This document shows, in pieces, positions 37,982 to 50,630 of a DNA stretch of 62,096 bases. Position 1 is the stretch's first letter, and each line of letters opens with the position of its first letter. The notes below the pieces were generated by a model. The model had not been told where the DNA came from. It did no database searches and was given only the letters and a program-made list of their open reading frames with translations. The position numbers were made by a program, and so were the translations under genes. The stretch is from Trichosphaerium sp. ATCC 40318 (taxonomy: Eukaryota > Protista > Tubulinea): the NCBI GenBank assembly GCA_038496445.1, contig JALMLS010000358.1:1-62096 (forward strand), written 5' to 3'.

Positions 37982-38680
37982 ATGAATGACGAGCAACTCC
38001 ACAAAATCCACACGCAGTCCAAGACGCCAATTGACACGGACGCGATGGCTGTGAAAGCACAAGAAAATTATGCGGTATTTGACGCCTGCTTCAATAACTG
38101 CCTGTTTTTTTTTACGTTCATGTAGGTCATAACTGGAATCGTAAAAGAACACGGTGTCCCGAATCCGGGTACGTTTGAGTGGTTTAAAAATAATTTAATA
38201 ATTTTACAAATTTGGTGTTTGACGCTGTAATACTTGATACTATCGCATTCTAACTTAATTTTAATAGTTTACGCGAAGGCACATACAATCCTTCTTTCGT
38301 TTTGTGTACTGACACTAACAGGACCTCGACATTTACTACGGAGACTTGTTATACTATACTGAAGACAAATTGGAAGGTTTACAAACGTTATTAAAGTCAA
38401 TGAAAGCAAAGGTAGTTAACTAGCGTAATTCGCAAATACAGGCGCAGTACTAACGCATGTGTTAAAGAAAATACTGTCATTCAACGACCCTTTCCTTAAA
38501 GAGGACTCCATCATTACCCTGTGTGCAGATTACCAACAAGAAGCTAAAGCACAGTTGATAACATACGATGAAATAACTGATAAGGTACAGAAACATAAAC
38601 ACGTTTTTTTGTCTCACAATCAAAATTAAATGTGTTACTATCAGGTTGAAGGAGGAAAAGGAACCCATGCCGTGCGTTGA
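37982..38680 (+). CDS. Small Costars/ABRACL-like protein; one splice junction unresolved
   Basis: IVKEHG...FYYGDLLYYTEDKLEGLQTLLKSMKAKKILSF...SIITL resembles the Costars domain pattern. Confidence 0.55.
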
Positions 38681-38907
38681 CAAGATCATTTAACGATTTT
38701 GGACTTGGTACAAAAATTCTAACATTTTATTTGTAGAAAGTTGGCGGTTGGTAGATTATCAATTTTTTATTTCGAAAATAGCGTTGTCATGAGTAAACAA
38801 ATCATAATAAAACAGCTTTGTAGAAAAAAACTTAAAGTGTACAATTAACTCGCTTAAATCTCATTTTTCACGCTGTAAAACGCACGCCAAATGCTCTACA
38901 CCTATCC

Positions 38908-41900
38908 ATGCAAGACGCCAAAGAGACAAAAGATGAAATAGATAGTGAGTATGCTTGAATTGACGCTATTGCCCTAATATCGCGTAGAACAGCTCTTGAG
39001 TATCTTACAGCGCAGTAACACGCAACAATTCGAGTCTTTTGTCAGTACACTTAACGCCAATAGTTTGGCGCTGGCTATATCCTCTCAATCGTTCGCAGAA
39101 GCCGATGTATCACTGTACGACGCCTTATTTCATTGACAAAATGCGCTAACTTATGTAATGAAGGAAAACAAAACATACTCTTGCCATTGCCCTCCTTCAA
39201 GGCATTCACATCAAAGGATTCCATGATAAACCGACTTTGAGCTGTGTTCAATCACACATTGCGTTGCTCCAGTACTATGACATGCTATGCACGGACAAGC
39301 TAGAAGGTACGCGTTGTCTCTTCGGGAACACGTGATTCGTATTTTGGGCTCAAAGTTGGTCAGGTGATGTTCGTCCTCGCTTACTTGGCTTGTGGTCAAA
39401 GGAGCAATTACTAGATGTAATCACGTTACGATTTTCTACCTTCTCTGCAAAGTGCAATGACCAGTACAACCAATTCACTAAACTTCTTGGTACGGATGAC
39501 GCTGGCTCTTGTTATGTTGGCACTAATTCACATAAAGGTTTGGACAGGTCATATGTTATATCCTTGCGAGATCATCCTTGCATAGATTTGGTATGCTAAA
39601 CTCTACATAAAATATACGCTATTGAGCTTGTTTATTAGGCGATACAATGTGCAACAAACTCGAGGCTGTGGGCGGCATTAACACTTAAAGACATCCTGCA
39701 TGCTCAGTACTGCTTCTATGAGAACATGTACATGCCTGGCACTCCTTCCGCCGACCAAGAAGGTGAACAAATACCGTATCGTGTGTTACTACTAACACGC
39801 AATAGACAAGGGTTGCGCAGCTATAGCAGAGCTTATTGTTCTTGGCAGTAATAACACGAAAGTTATCTCAATGCTCCTTGACACAGAAAATAGACCGCAA
39901 GATATTGAAAACGTGCTATCCTATATAGTATTTGAGGCTGGTGAAGATGTACAAACTGTATTTATTAAAGCTGCCGTTGATGTAGAATATGCTTACGTAC
40001 GTCATCTACAATTACCCTATCACGTGCTTAGTCTTTGATAGCCACGACAAAAGCATAGCCAAATCCAAAGTATTTTAGACCACCTACATAATGCAACAGC
40101 CCATCTATCCTCAAAGAGACAGCGAGATAAGCAACAGAGTTAGTTATCTTGTCAACAACCCTTTTTTGCTGATATTCATAGCGTTCGAACAAGTGCGCAT
40201 GGCGAACAAAGTCAGAAAGTTTAAGAGTACATTGATGGATCACTCTTTTCGTAAGTTCGTTGTAACCGATGTACAAGCCATGAAAGGGCGTAAGGATGTT
40301 GAAAAACTTCAAAATGCTTGTGGAGTGTTGCATACAAAACCGTCATATTTGCGAACGATGTTCTACAATGTACTCCGCTCCGAACGCTATTATCAACGTG
40401 TAGTCTTGAAAATGAATCCTGATTTTGTACGTGCATTACAATTGCGTATCTGACAGGTATAGCTGAGAGAGTTGGTAGAAAATTTTAAGAATGATCTTCA
40501 CTTTGATGGCATAAAAGGCAATGTACAGCTCACGTCAACAGATGTGGTATTTGTGCATCACATAATCAATGCACAGCGTGCACATAGGCTTCTAGCACAG
40601 TTTGTTACAGAGGTAAACAACTTTGTTTCATGTCAATTCTGCTAATGCTTGTATCAGGAACGCCGACTCGTTTCGTCGTATCTGGTGTCACTATCTTCTT
40701 ATCTTTCCATGTTCCATTCAAATCCGGATGCTTATCCTATTGATAGTGCCATGCGCATCAATTTTGGAAATCCTTTAAACTGTGTTGGTTCCCTCGTATT
40801 CCTCTTTGCAACGATGCCAGGGAGACGATGTATTGGTAAGTTGCATTATCATTTTGTTGATTCAAGACTCAAACATACTAGTACCTAATGCTGTAAGCTA
40901 TTGTGCGTCAGTGGATTTAACGTACGCTAAAAATTAATTGTAAACATTAAGTTATGTGTAGTTCAGGGTTTGCTACCACTTGGCTATATCTTCAAGCTAA
41001 CAACCGTGATGGAAGTGTTGCATTCATTGAAGTGTTGTCTACACTTATTTTTGAAAAACAACAGATTGTCAACGACACAGCCGCAATAGTACACCAACAC
41101 AAACCGTAGTGTGTTTTATCTGATGCGCTTTACTGTAGTTTGTAGACAATTGCTTGTACCTTCTTGAAGAGTTCCATGGCATTTTAGACGACGATGCTCA
41201 CTGCAAACAACACAAATACGTCATGCGTGCTGTCAATGTGATTCTTATGGCATTGTGCCAAACTATCAACAAGGCGGATTTGATACAGCACGTATGGGCA
41301 TGGGAGTACGTTTTCTTGTATGCATAAATAAGAAGTAATGTCGCAACAGATCAAAGTTTGTGGATGATCCTCGGCTAAAGAAAAAAGGCATTCCTGACGT
41401 CTTCGTATTGATGGTAATGCGCATCCTATCGCTAGTTATGGTTCTACTAGAACAAGGAAGTGCTTATGCTGGATCTAAAGATATTTTACACTCTATAGGT
41501 AGTGTCCAGTAGCATTATTATGTAGTTTTAACACCATACGCTAGGTGTAAAAACACAATTTGTAATTCACTGTGCTATTCGACATGTGCCTGACGAGAAA
41601 CCACTCATGTGGCTCTTACGCAAGTATCACGCACTCTTGGGTCTGTTGGGTAAGAATACTACAATAACAGTGATGACTGACTCTCTTCGTAGTACAAGAA
41701 AAAACTATGCCAGTAGCATCGTTATCAATCGTAGTCACTGAAATAATGAATTTATTCACTATCCTATTATGCTCTGGGTTTGATCACATGACACCCAAAG
41801 AAAACGTACATTTCATAACATAGCCTTGTCTAATGTATTGACACTAGGATAGAATAAAGAAAGCATTGCCAAATGCGCCTAAAAGTCTAACAAGGCACTT

Positions 41901-43160
41901 CCTCCAAACCAAACTACACGTGTACAGCCAACCTGGAAAAGTATATAATGCACTAGTCAAGCTACTATTGGATCTAGCCCATATGTTTATCGAGGAAGAT
42001 TCAGATTCCTCACGGCAAGTATGCTATCGCAGTGTGCAATGCTGTCGCCTTGTGATGGAAAATGTATTGAGCCTACAAGTGCGTATATTTTACTTGTTTT
42101 TACCCATACAAATAATATTTCCAAGCCTGACGCAATCGGTCCATATTATGTTGAGTGCCTGTCTGGTATATTAAAATGCCTAAAAAAACAGACAAAATCA
42201 GATGAGCTACTGGATTCCTTTTTTGGCAAAGTAGTAGGATGCATTAAGGCCTTGGTGTGCCATGCGAAGTGAGTTCTATCTCTTTGAACCAAATGTTGTA
42301 CTAACCAGATTCTGGATAGAGTGTCAACGACTGATTTCATCAAATACCATGAGAAGGCGCTACCCAAGTTGTACAAGTTATACAACAACGGCAATGAAGA
42401 CCTCAAACATCACGTGCGCTTAGCCGTATTGGAGATAATCAAGCACGGTGTTGAAATTGGAGCAGAGCTCTTCTTGGCACGGAACAAAGCAATCACTTTT
42501 TTAACTCGGTGTGGTGCTAAAGATGCAGAAACCGCATCGGCCTCTATGGAATATCTATGTTCTTTAATCGCTCCTGGAGACGTTGGTGCACCTGATTCAG
42601 CAACTGTGGCTGATCAGATGTCGAAGATGTTCGCAAAACCACCTCACGGATTGTTAGAGTCATTATTGCACGAAACAACAAAACTGCCACTACTAATGTA
42701 CCATGGTAGGTGTATTAAACCATCTGTGTTACACGACATAATATTTGCCAATGACTTTCAGAACATTGCTGTTCTCCTCCTAAATGCCCTCAAACTTAAG
42801 GTACGTACATGTTCATATACCGTCATTTAACACGTGACTTTAGCTGGAGCATGAGGAATGTGACATACAATTACAGGTACATCCATTGAATTTTGCGTAT
42901 TGAGGTTTTGACATCATGTTCAGCCTGAGCGTGTGCTCACGTTTTTGAACGTTATTTTGCAGAGCAACAATATTTCACAAGTGTCTTTGCGTCGTATCTT
43001 GAAAGTCTTGGGCTTGATGAGACATTATGCGCTTCACAAAGTTGTTCAAGACAATAACTTGCATTCTCTTTTTCAAAACTTACAACGTCACACGCCTTCA
43101 GCTCCAAAGTTAAAAGCGGCACACGCCCACATACTTGGGTTGTTAAAACCAAAAAAATAA
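38908..43160 (+). CDS. Large hypothetical helical (ARM/HEAT-like) protein; about 20 introns
   Basis: Chain of Leu-rich exons joined by GT-AG introns; no family motif recognised. Confidence 0.6.
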
Positions 43161-43421
43161 AAAAATAATTCGTTGGCGACTCTGTGCTATATTTAGAACA
43201 GGCGTACACAGTGCTTGAGAAACTATAGGAGCTTAACTAACATCAACTTGCCATTTCGAAATAAAAACACAGTTTCAAGCATCAAAAACAGGAAAATGGT
43301 AGAAATGAAAAGTCATTATTTTTAGATTCACTGAACTTTTTTACACCTTTGTCAACGCACATAACCGGTTAATTACAAAATAACACTTACCAATAAACAA
43401 CACATAATACATTCAATATTT

Positions 43422-46033
43422 ATGGAAACAAACAAGTACAACGACAATCTTATGGCGTTATTCGAATGTCCTATCTGCTGCGATTTTTTAAATGCGTGTA
43501 CAGAAACCCAGTGCTGTCACGTACTCTTTTGTAGCTTAGTACGTATTTTTCGCTATTTTTACGTAAAAGTCGGCTAACATTTAATCAAGTGTATTAAAGA
43601 TTGGTGTGACGCAAGCAGAGCTCCAGCATGTCCTAATTGCAGAGCGCCCTTGGACCTCAACAACTGTACACCTAACGTTCCAGTGCAAAGGTACGGAAAA
43701 ATACGGTTTGGACACGTGTTTTTCATTAGCCTAATGCGATAAAGATATGTAGACGGTATGTTCACCGATTGTCCGTATAAGATGTCAGGGTGCACGACAC
43801 AACCATCAAGAGCTGATCTGGAACAACACAAACAAAAGTGTGAATATAGACCATCAGCACTTAAGGAAGAGCGACAAAAGGCAGCTAATGTCTTAGCAAC
43901 AAAATGGAGTAGTCTCGAGAAGTTATGGGGCAGGTATGAAAGAGCTTCACCAAACCACAAGCAACGAACAAAGTACAAGAATCTCAGCTCTGATTACATT
44001 GCCATTGCAAAGAGTTTGTACGTAACATGACCCTTTTGTGTAAAAGTAAACAATAGTAACCTTTGGATAGGATAGCAGCAGGATCGTACGACAAAGCTCG
44101 TATTGCAGCCAAACGAGCTATAGAATACGAAACGAGTTCGCAAAAAGGACATACAATCATACAAGCCGAAGCTTTAGCTCTGAATGCCGAGATTTGCGAG
44201 AATGAAGCCAAGTACACACAGAGCTTGGAACTCTTTAAAAAGGTACAACATTGTGCTCTAATCTAAATCTAAACGTTTACCAAAGGCTGCCGATATTGTT
44301 GCAAAAATCAACCCAGGCATGTGCGGTCAATATTTGAAGAAGCAAGGCGATGTATTGTACAAAATGGGAAAATTTGAGGAGTCAATTTCGATGTACCACG
44401 AAGCTCTATTTCTAGCCAAAAAGCACAATGGCCCAACTGGTCGGTTCGTTGCTGTTATTTGCAATGCTATAGGTCTTGTTGCCAAGAAACGCGCTCAGTA
44501 CGACAAGGCAATCCAAGCCTACTCAGGTACACCAGTTTGCAAACGCTGTCCAATACAACTAATGTGTCACTCTACAGATGCTCTTAAAATCATTGATGGA
44601 GATGATAACATGTGGCCCGAAGTAGCATGCAATATTGCAGACGTTCATCGAAAGAAGGGAAATATGGACGACGCCAAGAGTTTGTACATGAAGTCGCTAC
44701 ATAGAATGGAAGCCATTTATGGTGGAAATCATCCAGCTCTTGTACCTGTTTGCAACGCTCTCGGGATTCTCGAGAAAAAGAAAGGCAAATACAGAGAAGC
44801 TCTCAGACAATATAAACGTGCCTCTAAAATACAAAGTCATTTCAGTGGAAAGGACCATCCCACGTGTGGCGTCATACTAGTAAATATTGGCGATATTCAT
44901 AGAAAGCTTGGGGTACTAATCAATGATCCAACGTCTTCTAAACTTCAAAAAGGAGTATGACGCAGCTGAGAGAATGTATACTACAGCTATTAAGATTTTA
45001 GAAAAATCAGTTGGCGGTTACCACGACGAAGTTGCTGACGCGCTAAATAGCATGGGTCTTGTACATAAAAAGAGGTATGTATCTCATTGTTTTATGTACC
45101 CAATTCTAACAACACTTCAAGAGCTGATTACGACACAGCCAAGGCACTATATATCAGGTACGTTGGGTTTTATGAGTCATATCGCTGAGTGTAGCAATAG
45201 GGCAATTGATATTGTTGTAAAGAAATTTGGTGAAACACATTACAAAGTTGGTATCTACACTAATAATCTTGGCGACATACACCGAAAGAAAGGCAACCAT
45301 GTAGAAGCACTTAAGACGTACAAGAAAGCATTGAAGTGCATTGAAGAAACCCTTGGTCACACTCATGCAGAAGCTGGTGATATACTGCACAACATTGGTA
45401 CGCACCTACAAAACCTAAGAGCGGTTTTTCCTCTTATCTTACAGTACTAGGGAGGGCGCATTACGAGCTAGAGAAGTACCAAGAATCTATTAAATATTAT
45501 GACAGTGCACTTGCAATAATGAAAAAGGAGTTTAATAACAACCACTACAAAGTTGGATTGTTCTTGACTAACGCTGGAATGGCACAAGCCATGCTTGGAG
45601 AGTACCAAAAGGCGTACAAAGCTCTGAAGGAGTCTCTTCGCATTCTCATTTTTAATCTTGGCGTTCAACACATTGAGGCACGTGGTTTAGGTTTTTCTTG
45701 TTCGACCGTAACTCCTTTACTAGGTTGCTGACTGTTATGCAAACTTGGGAGATGTCTGTATGAAATTACTAGTTGAAACAAGATCTAAAGACAAGGTCTC
45801 AGAAGCGACAAAGTACTACAAGCAAGCCAGCGAGATTTCCAAAAAAGTATGCCGAATATTTGCCAAATATTTATAAACACGTGACTCACCATTGACTAGG
45901 TTCTGGGCGAACAACACACCAAGTGCCAACAGTACGTTTCGTTGTTTATTTCAAAGTACTAATAACGTCTTGCAGATACGCGTCGCTATTGTTTATATGC
46001 GAGAACTACCACAGCCTTGCAACAGGAAACTGA
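43422..46033 (+). CDS. RING finger + TRAF/SIAH-type zinc finger + kinesin-light-chain-type TPR repeat protein; multi-exon
   Basis: CPICCDF...CCHVLFC..CI..W...CPNCR; CPY...GC...LEQHKQKCEYRP; repeats such as GxxHPxxA..NxLG. Confidence 0.85.
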
Positions 46034-46214
46034 ATTGTAATTGTATTTTTAGTCACACAAATAAACTTATGTTTGATTTACGATGCTTAACATTCTAAGC
46101 GGCGTACTCAACTGAAAAGTACTAACTTCTCCACAATAGCGCAGAAAAGTTATACCTGTGTTAGTAATAGCGCAAATCACTTCGCAAATTGAGACAAAAC
46201 ACGTGCTAAATAAG

Positions 46215-46901
46215 ATGAGCTTCATTTTATACAACCGTAGATTGTCATCGTTTAGGTTTGGTAGTGCAGCCTTTCCCAAGACCCATTTCTTGTATTACAC
46301 AACAGGTTCTACAAATGACCCCAAACCAGTGTCTAAGTTACGAAGAGGTTTTCATCTGACTCTAGCAATCGTATTTGGAACGTTGGCCGTTAATTCGTTT
46401 GCTAAAGCTGTTTTTGGGTTTCCTGGGTTGCTTAATATTCAAGCTGACGTGCTCAACGAACTTGTTGTCAGAGAGACAGACAAAATACTTGCTGAATATC
46501 CAGAGGAACGTGTTGCAGCGCTGTCAACGAAAGGGCGAAGATTGCATGAATTAGGATACTCAAAAGAAGCCTTACGTGTGCTCAAGGAAGCTGCAAGTTT
46601 AAGCAACTCTTCTGTGCCTGTTGGTGTTAGGAAGGAGATTGTATTTTGGAAAGCAAAGAGCTTGGTGGCGCTACAACGTTATGATGAAAGTATATTAGAA
46701 ATGAACAAACTGCAACGTTATGGTAAGTTGTTTACAGACTATATGGATAGGGTAAAGGCCGAAAAGAAGAAGTATGAAACTGGTGAACTTTCGTCAAGCG
46801 AGATTGAACATTGGAATCCTCACAATGTCCATAGAAAATATGAAAGAGGCTTTCTACACGCTTTCAAAGGAGATGAAAGTCAGAATTTACCTTCTCTGTG
46901 A
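46215..46901 (+). CDS. Intronless protein with mitochondrial-presequence-like N-terminus, one TM segment and TPR-like helices
   Basis: Open 228-aa frame from MSFILYNRRLSSFRFGS; hydrophobic LTLAIVFGTLAVNSFA; GRRLHELGYSKEALRVL, KAKSLVALQRYDES. Confidence 0.65.
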   Translation: MSFILYNRRLSSFRFGSAAFPKTHFLYYTTGSTNDPKPVSKLRRGFHLTLAIVFGTLAVNSFAKAVFGFPGLLNIQADVLNELVVRETDKILAEYPEERVAALSTKGRRLHELGYSKEALRVLKEAASLSNSSVPVGVRKEIVFWKAKSLVALQRYDESILEMNKLQRYGKLFTDYMDRVKAEKKKYETGELSSSEIEHWNPHNVHRKYERGFLHAFKGDESQNLPSL

Positions 46902-47212
46902 GCTGTTATAAATCAGTCTCTGTCGTTAATAAATATTACTTGTTTTAAATCTTGAGCCACGTGATCTTTTTTTTACCTGTCTCAAAACCACTATTTATTA
47001 CTTTCCACGTAGATTTAGCCACGTGGCAAAGTCAAAACGAAAATGATAATGCTGCTCATGAAGTGACCTAAATACAATATTGTCTGTCTCATTCAAGTAT
47101 TCAAAAAGACTTCCGTCATAAGTACAAAGGTGCTAGAACATGCTCTAATACGAAAACCGTTGTTTATTATAAACTACATAATTTAACAAGTATGCTCTGT
47201 TCTTGCACTTTT

Positions 47213-48602
47213 TTAATAACCATATTGGGCACGTGTATTCTGGAAATTAACCTTGACGCCTTTATCCCTAAGCCTTATAATATCCTCCATTTTGATACAT
47301 CCACAGTGTTGTAGGTCTATTACCTTCGCGTTTAGTTGCTCAACCCACTCTCCTGTTGCTACTGTACTCGAAAGGTCAACTTGGTAAGCATTCGCAATAT
47401 ATTTCATACTTGCGGAAGTGATACCAAAGCAACCTGACAGTGAAATCGTATGTACTCCTTCCAAAGCTGAAATACCAACGTCCGTAATTGACTTACAGCC
47501 ACTTAAAGATATTGTATGAACACCTTTCAAAGCGGAAACGCCATCGTCCGTAATTGCTTACAGCCACTTAGAGATATTGTATGAACACCTTTCAAAGCGG
47601 AAACGCCCACATCTGTAATTGATCTACAGTACGCTAGGTCTATCGAATGAACTCCTGACAAGGCAAATAGGTCTCTATCAGTCACTCCAGAACTACGAAT
47701 GCTTATTTTTGGGATTCCAGCCAGCACTTTCATATCTCTGACTCTAGGAACTGAATCAAGACAGATTGATTTAAGATGCTTCGCTATCGACGCTATCCCG
47801 CATCTGTGATTCTATCACAAATCATCAACGTGAGGTGTTGTACCCCTCTAACACATAGTAATCCCGCATCGGTAATATTGTCGTTATAACGCACGGACAA
47901 ATGATGGACACCAGAAATATAACTCAGACCAGTGTCTGTAATGCCAGAAGTATGTAACATGTCCAAGTCTTTAACGCCGGCTATAAATTTCAATCCTGAG
48001 TCCGTAATGTCGTGGTTTCTCGAGAGCTCAAGCTTCTTTACACCGGCAATAAGAGCGAGGTCACTATCGGTTGCTTCAGAAAAGGTACCAAACGATAATT
48101 TCGTGTTTTGTAAGAGAGGGCTGCCTGAAAGTCGAGAGCAACTTCCGCTTGATTGGACGTTAATTTTTCCATACCCAAGGTTAGCGTGTATTATCTCCGA
48201 TAACAACACACACGTTTGAGACACTCGGTATCTGTCAGGAATATCCACAAAAGACAGTAAGTGCGTGAGAATTTCTGATGGAACAGCAAGAATATCAGCT
48301 TTCTCTTTTTCCTTGATTGATTCCGAGAAAATTTCAGTCTCTTCGTTGAGGCTCTCAGATTGATTAATTTTTTGTTTCTTTCTTTTCGTTGCTGGTTGAT
48401 CCGTCCTTTTCCTCTTGTCAGCCTGTGCTCTATTTGTTTTAACTTTCTCTTGAGCTATACAGCGGGTATCCTCGTTCTCTTGTGTGTACATTGTTCTTAG
48501 CTCTTTTTCTTGAGTTATACAGCGTTTATACTTGTTTGAAGTGTTCACGTTTATGTGTGGGGTTCGAGTATGTGGGCTTTTTGAGGTATTTGTATAAGTC
48601 AC
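47213..48602 (-). pseudogene. Intronless F-box + leucine-rich-repeat gene interrupted by two single-base frameshifts (pseudogene or assembly errors)
   Basis: F-box ILAVPSEILTHLLSFVDIPDRYRVSQTC; LRRs GVHTISLSGCKSITDVG; three consecutive ORFs become one if 1 nt is restored near 47797 and near 47556. Confidence 0.75.
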
Positions 48603-49151
48603 CTTACAATTCTGTTAAGTTAACTTAATAAAAGGAATCACCTGTAAAACCTAATCAGCGAAGGCTATTGGCGTTTTATTATTTACTTCTAAATTTTCTA
48701 GAAAGTGAGTTCTTAGTACGTCACAGCAAGAGAAATAGTCGTCGAAAGGAAGCTCAAAATCTACAAAAAATCGCTCTCAGAGTGCAAGGCTTAATCATAA
48801 AGTCGTCCATCTGGACTGTGAGCGCTGTATTGGAAAGCAGAGATAACAGAGACCAAGGTTAGAAATAAGACAGACGCATTGCTTAGGTATGATATCAATT
48901 ATGTGTAAGTCAACGCAACTCAACTCGAAACTGAATTGTAAGCTTCCAGTCATGGCGTCATGCGAAAAATTGCTACGTTCAGCTGTATTCCGCATTGGTA
49001 GCTCGGAACCTTGGAGATGTCCATAAGAGGACTAACGACAAATAAAATGGCAGGTTAATTGGTTCCATTGTATTTACATTTTGTGGACACGTGATATTTA
49101 CAGCCGTTTGTACATATTTACAGTTATATGGTTCTGGTTTTCTGGACTACT

Positions 49152-50216
49152 CTACTGCCTGACGCTCATAGCCTCTCCGGTAACTAATACGAAGTAAGCT
49201 TGATGATTATTTCGAGGACTATACGTACAATAACCGACGCTATGTCTTCGTCTTTTGTACAATGCATCAAAGTCAGAAACAGTTCTCTTAAGTTTGTGTT
49301 TTCTAACTCTAACAGTTGAGCTCGCATGAAGATTTATTCGAGGCGCTTTCTTGCGTTCTTCAAGAAAGGCAGGAAATAAATCATATCGCAACATTGACAA
49401 AACAACACGTTGTGCTCCATTAAAGAGTGAAGCATCAGCTGTGCTTAGCCGTATAGTAATTTCAGCGTTGAGAGCGTGTGTGATGTTTACAGGTTGATCT
49501 GCGGTTTGTGGATCGATATAAGCTTTGTAAATTTTCTTAGCTATTAGCCTTCTTTCATGCAAGCTAGAAATAGTACGAAAGAGCTCTGTGAAGAAAAGTT
49601 ACACATTTTAAATAAATGAATAAAAAGATAAAAATAGTGTATCACGTCAACAACGTACCAACAGCTAAATAGAAAGATAGGTTTTCGTCTGCGAAATGGT
49701 AACTTGTAAACTCGCGAAATTGATGGAATAGTGCTTCATCTGAAAATACAGCGTCCCACTCAGGTTCTTTTTTAAACAAGTATGTTGAATCACTACACCA
49801 CGTGTTAATAAATTGTAAAGATTTCGATACGGCTACTCGCGTAGGGGAAATTTTTTTTAGCGGCGAAAAGTCTTACTTTGGATCAAACCCACGCATGATG
49901 GATAGTCTATCACGTGTTTTCATTGGATTGGTAATTTCCCTTGTCCAATCAGGTTCAGCCCTTCTTTTTGTTTTTCTCTTTCTTCTGGGTCCATTAGGCC
50001 TCCATGGGGTATCTAAAAAGCCAAATTGTTAAATTTCTTAGGTGATATTGGTTTTAACAATCAAACGAAATTGAACCAAAATACAACTAATGCAGTACCT
50101 TTAGAGACAATAGGAGACTTTTTAGGCCATAATAACCATCTAAGCGCTGATGTTGCTCTGTTCATGTTTGACTCGCTCGAATATCTGAATCTGCTCTCGA
50201 ATAAAATCTGACACAT
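49152..50216 (-). CDS. RGS (regulator of G-protein signalling) domain protein; start approximate
   Basis: FREFTSYHFADENLSFYLAV...AKKIYKAYI...PVNIT...LFNGAQRVVLSMLRYDLFPAFL. Confidence 0.8.
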
Positions 50217-50630
50217 GTGCACGCCTTATTTGGTTCACAAAGTTCAATGCTGCGTTGTCGTAATAGGCAGAAGTATTTACTGGTTTAGAAAGTACACTTG
50301 CTTTTAGAAAAAGCCCCAAAACAGAAAATTGTTATGTTTTTGTTGGCCTAACTATCGAACTGTATGACAGACGATTCTGAAAACCAGACGCTTGTCAGTG
50401 GTCTTGACGGTGATCGTCATGCCTCTGATATACTTAATAAACCTCCTAAATCGTTTGAGCAAGCTGTAGATGATTTTATTGCTTTTTGTACGCGTCAAGC
50501 TCCATTGTAGATAGTATTTAGATATTAATCTCGGTGCGTAGGCAAAAAACCGTTTTCGTCTCAGCATGAGTGTGCAGAGCTTAGTTGGATGGTTATGCGT
50601 TGGGTTATGCGTAAAAATCTTCCAAACAAC

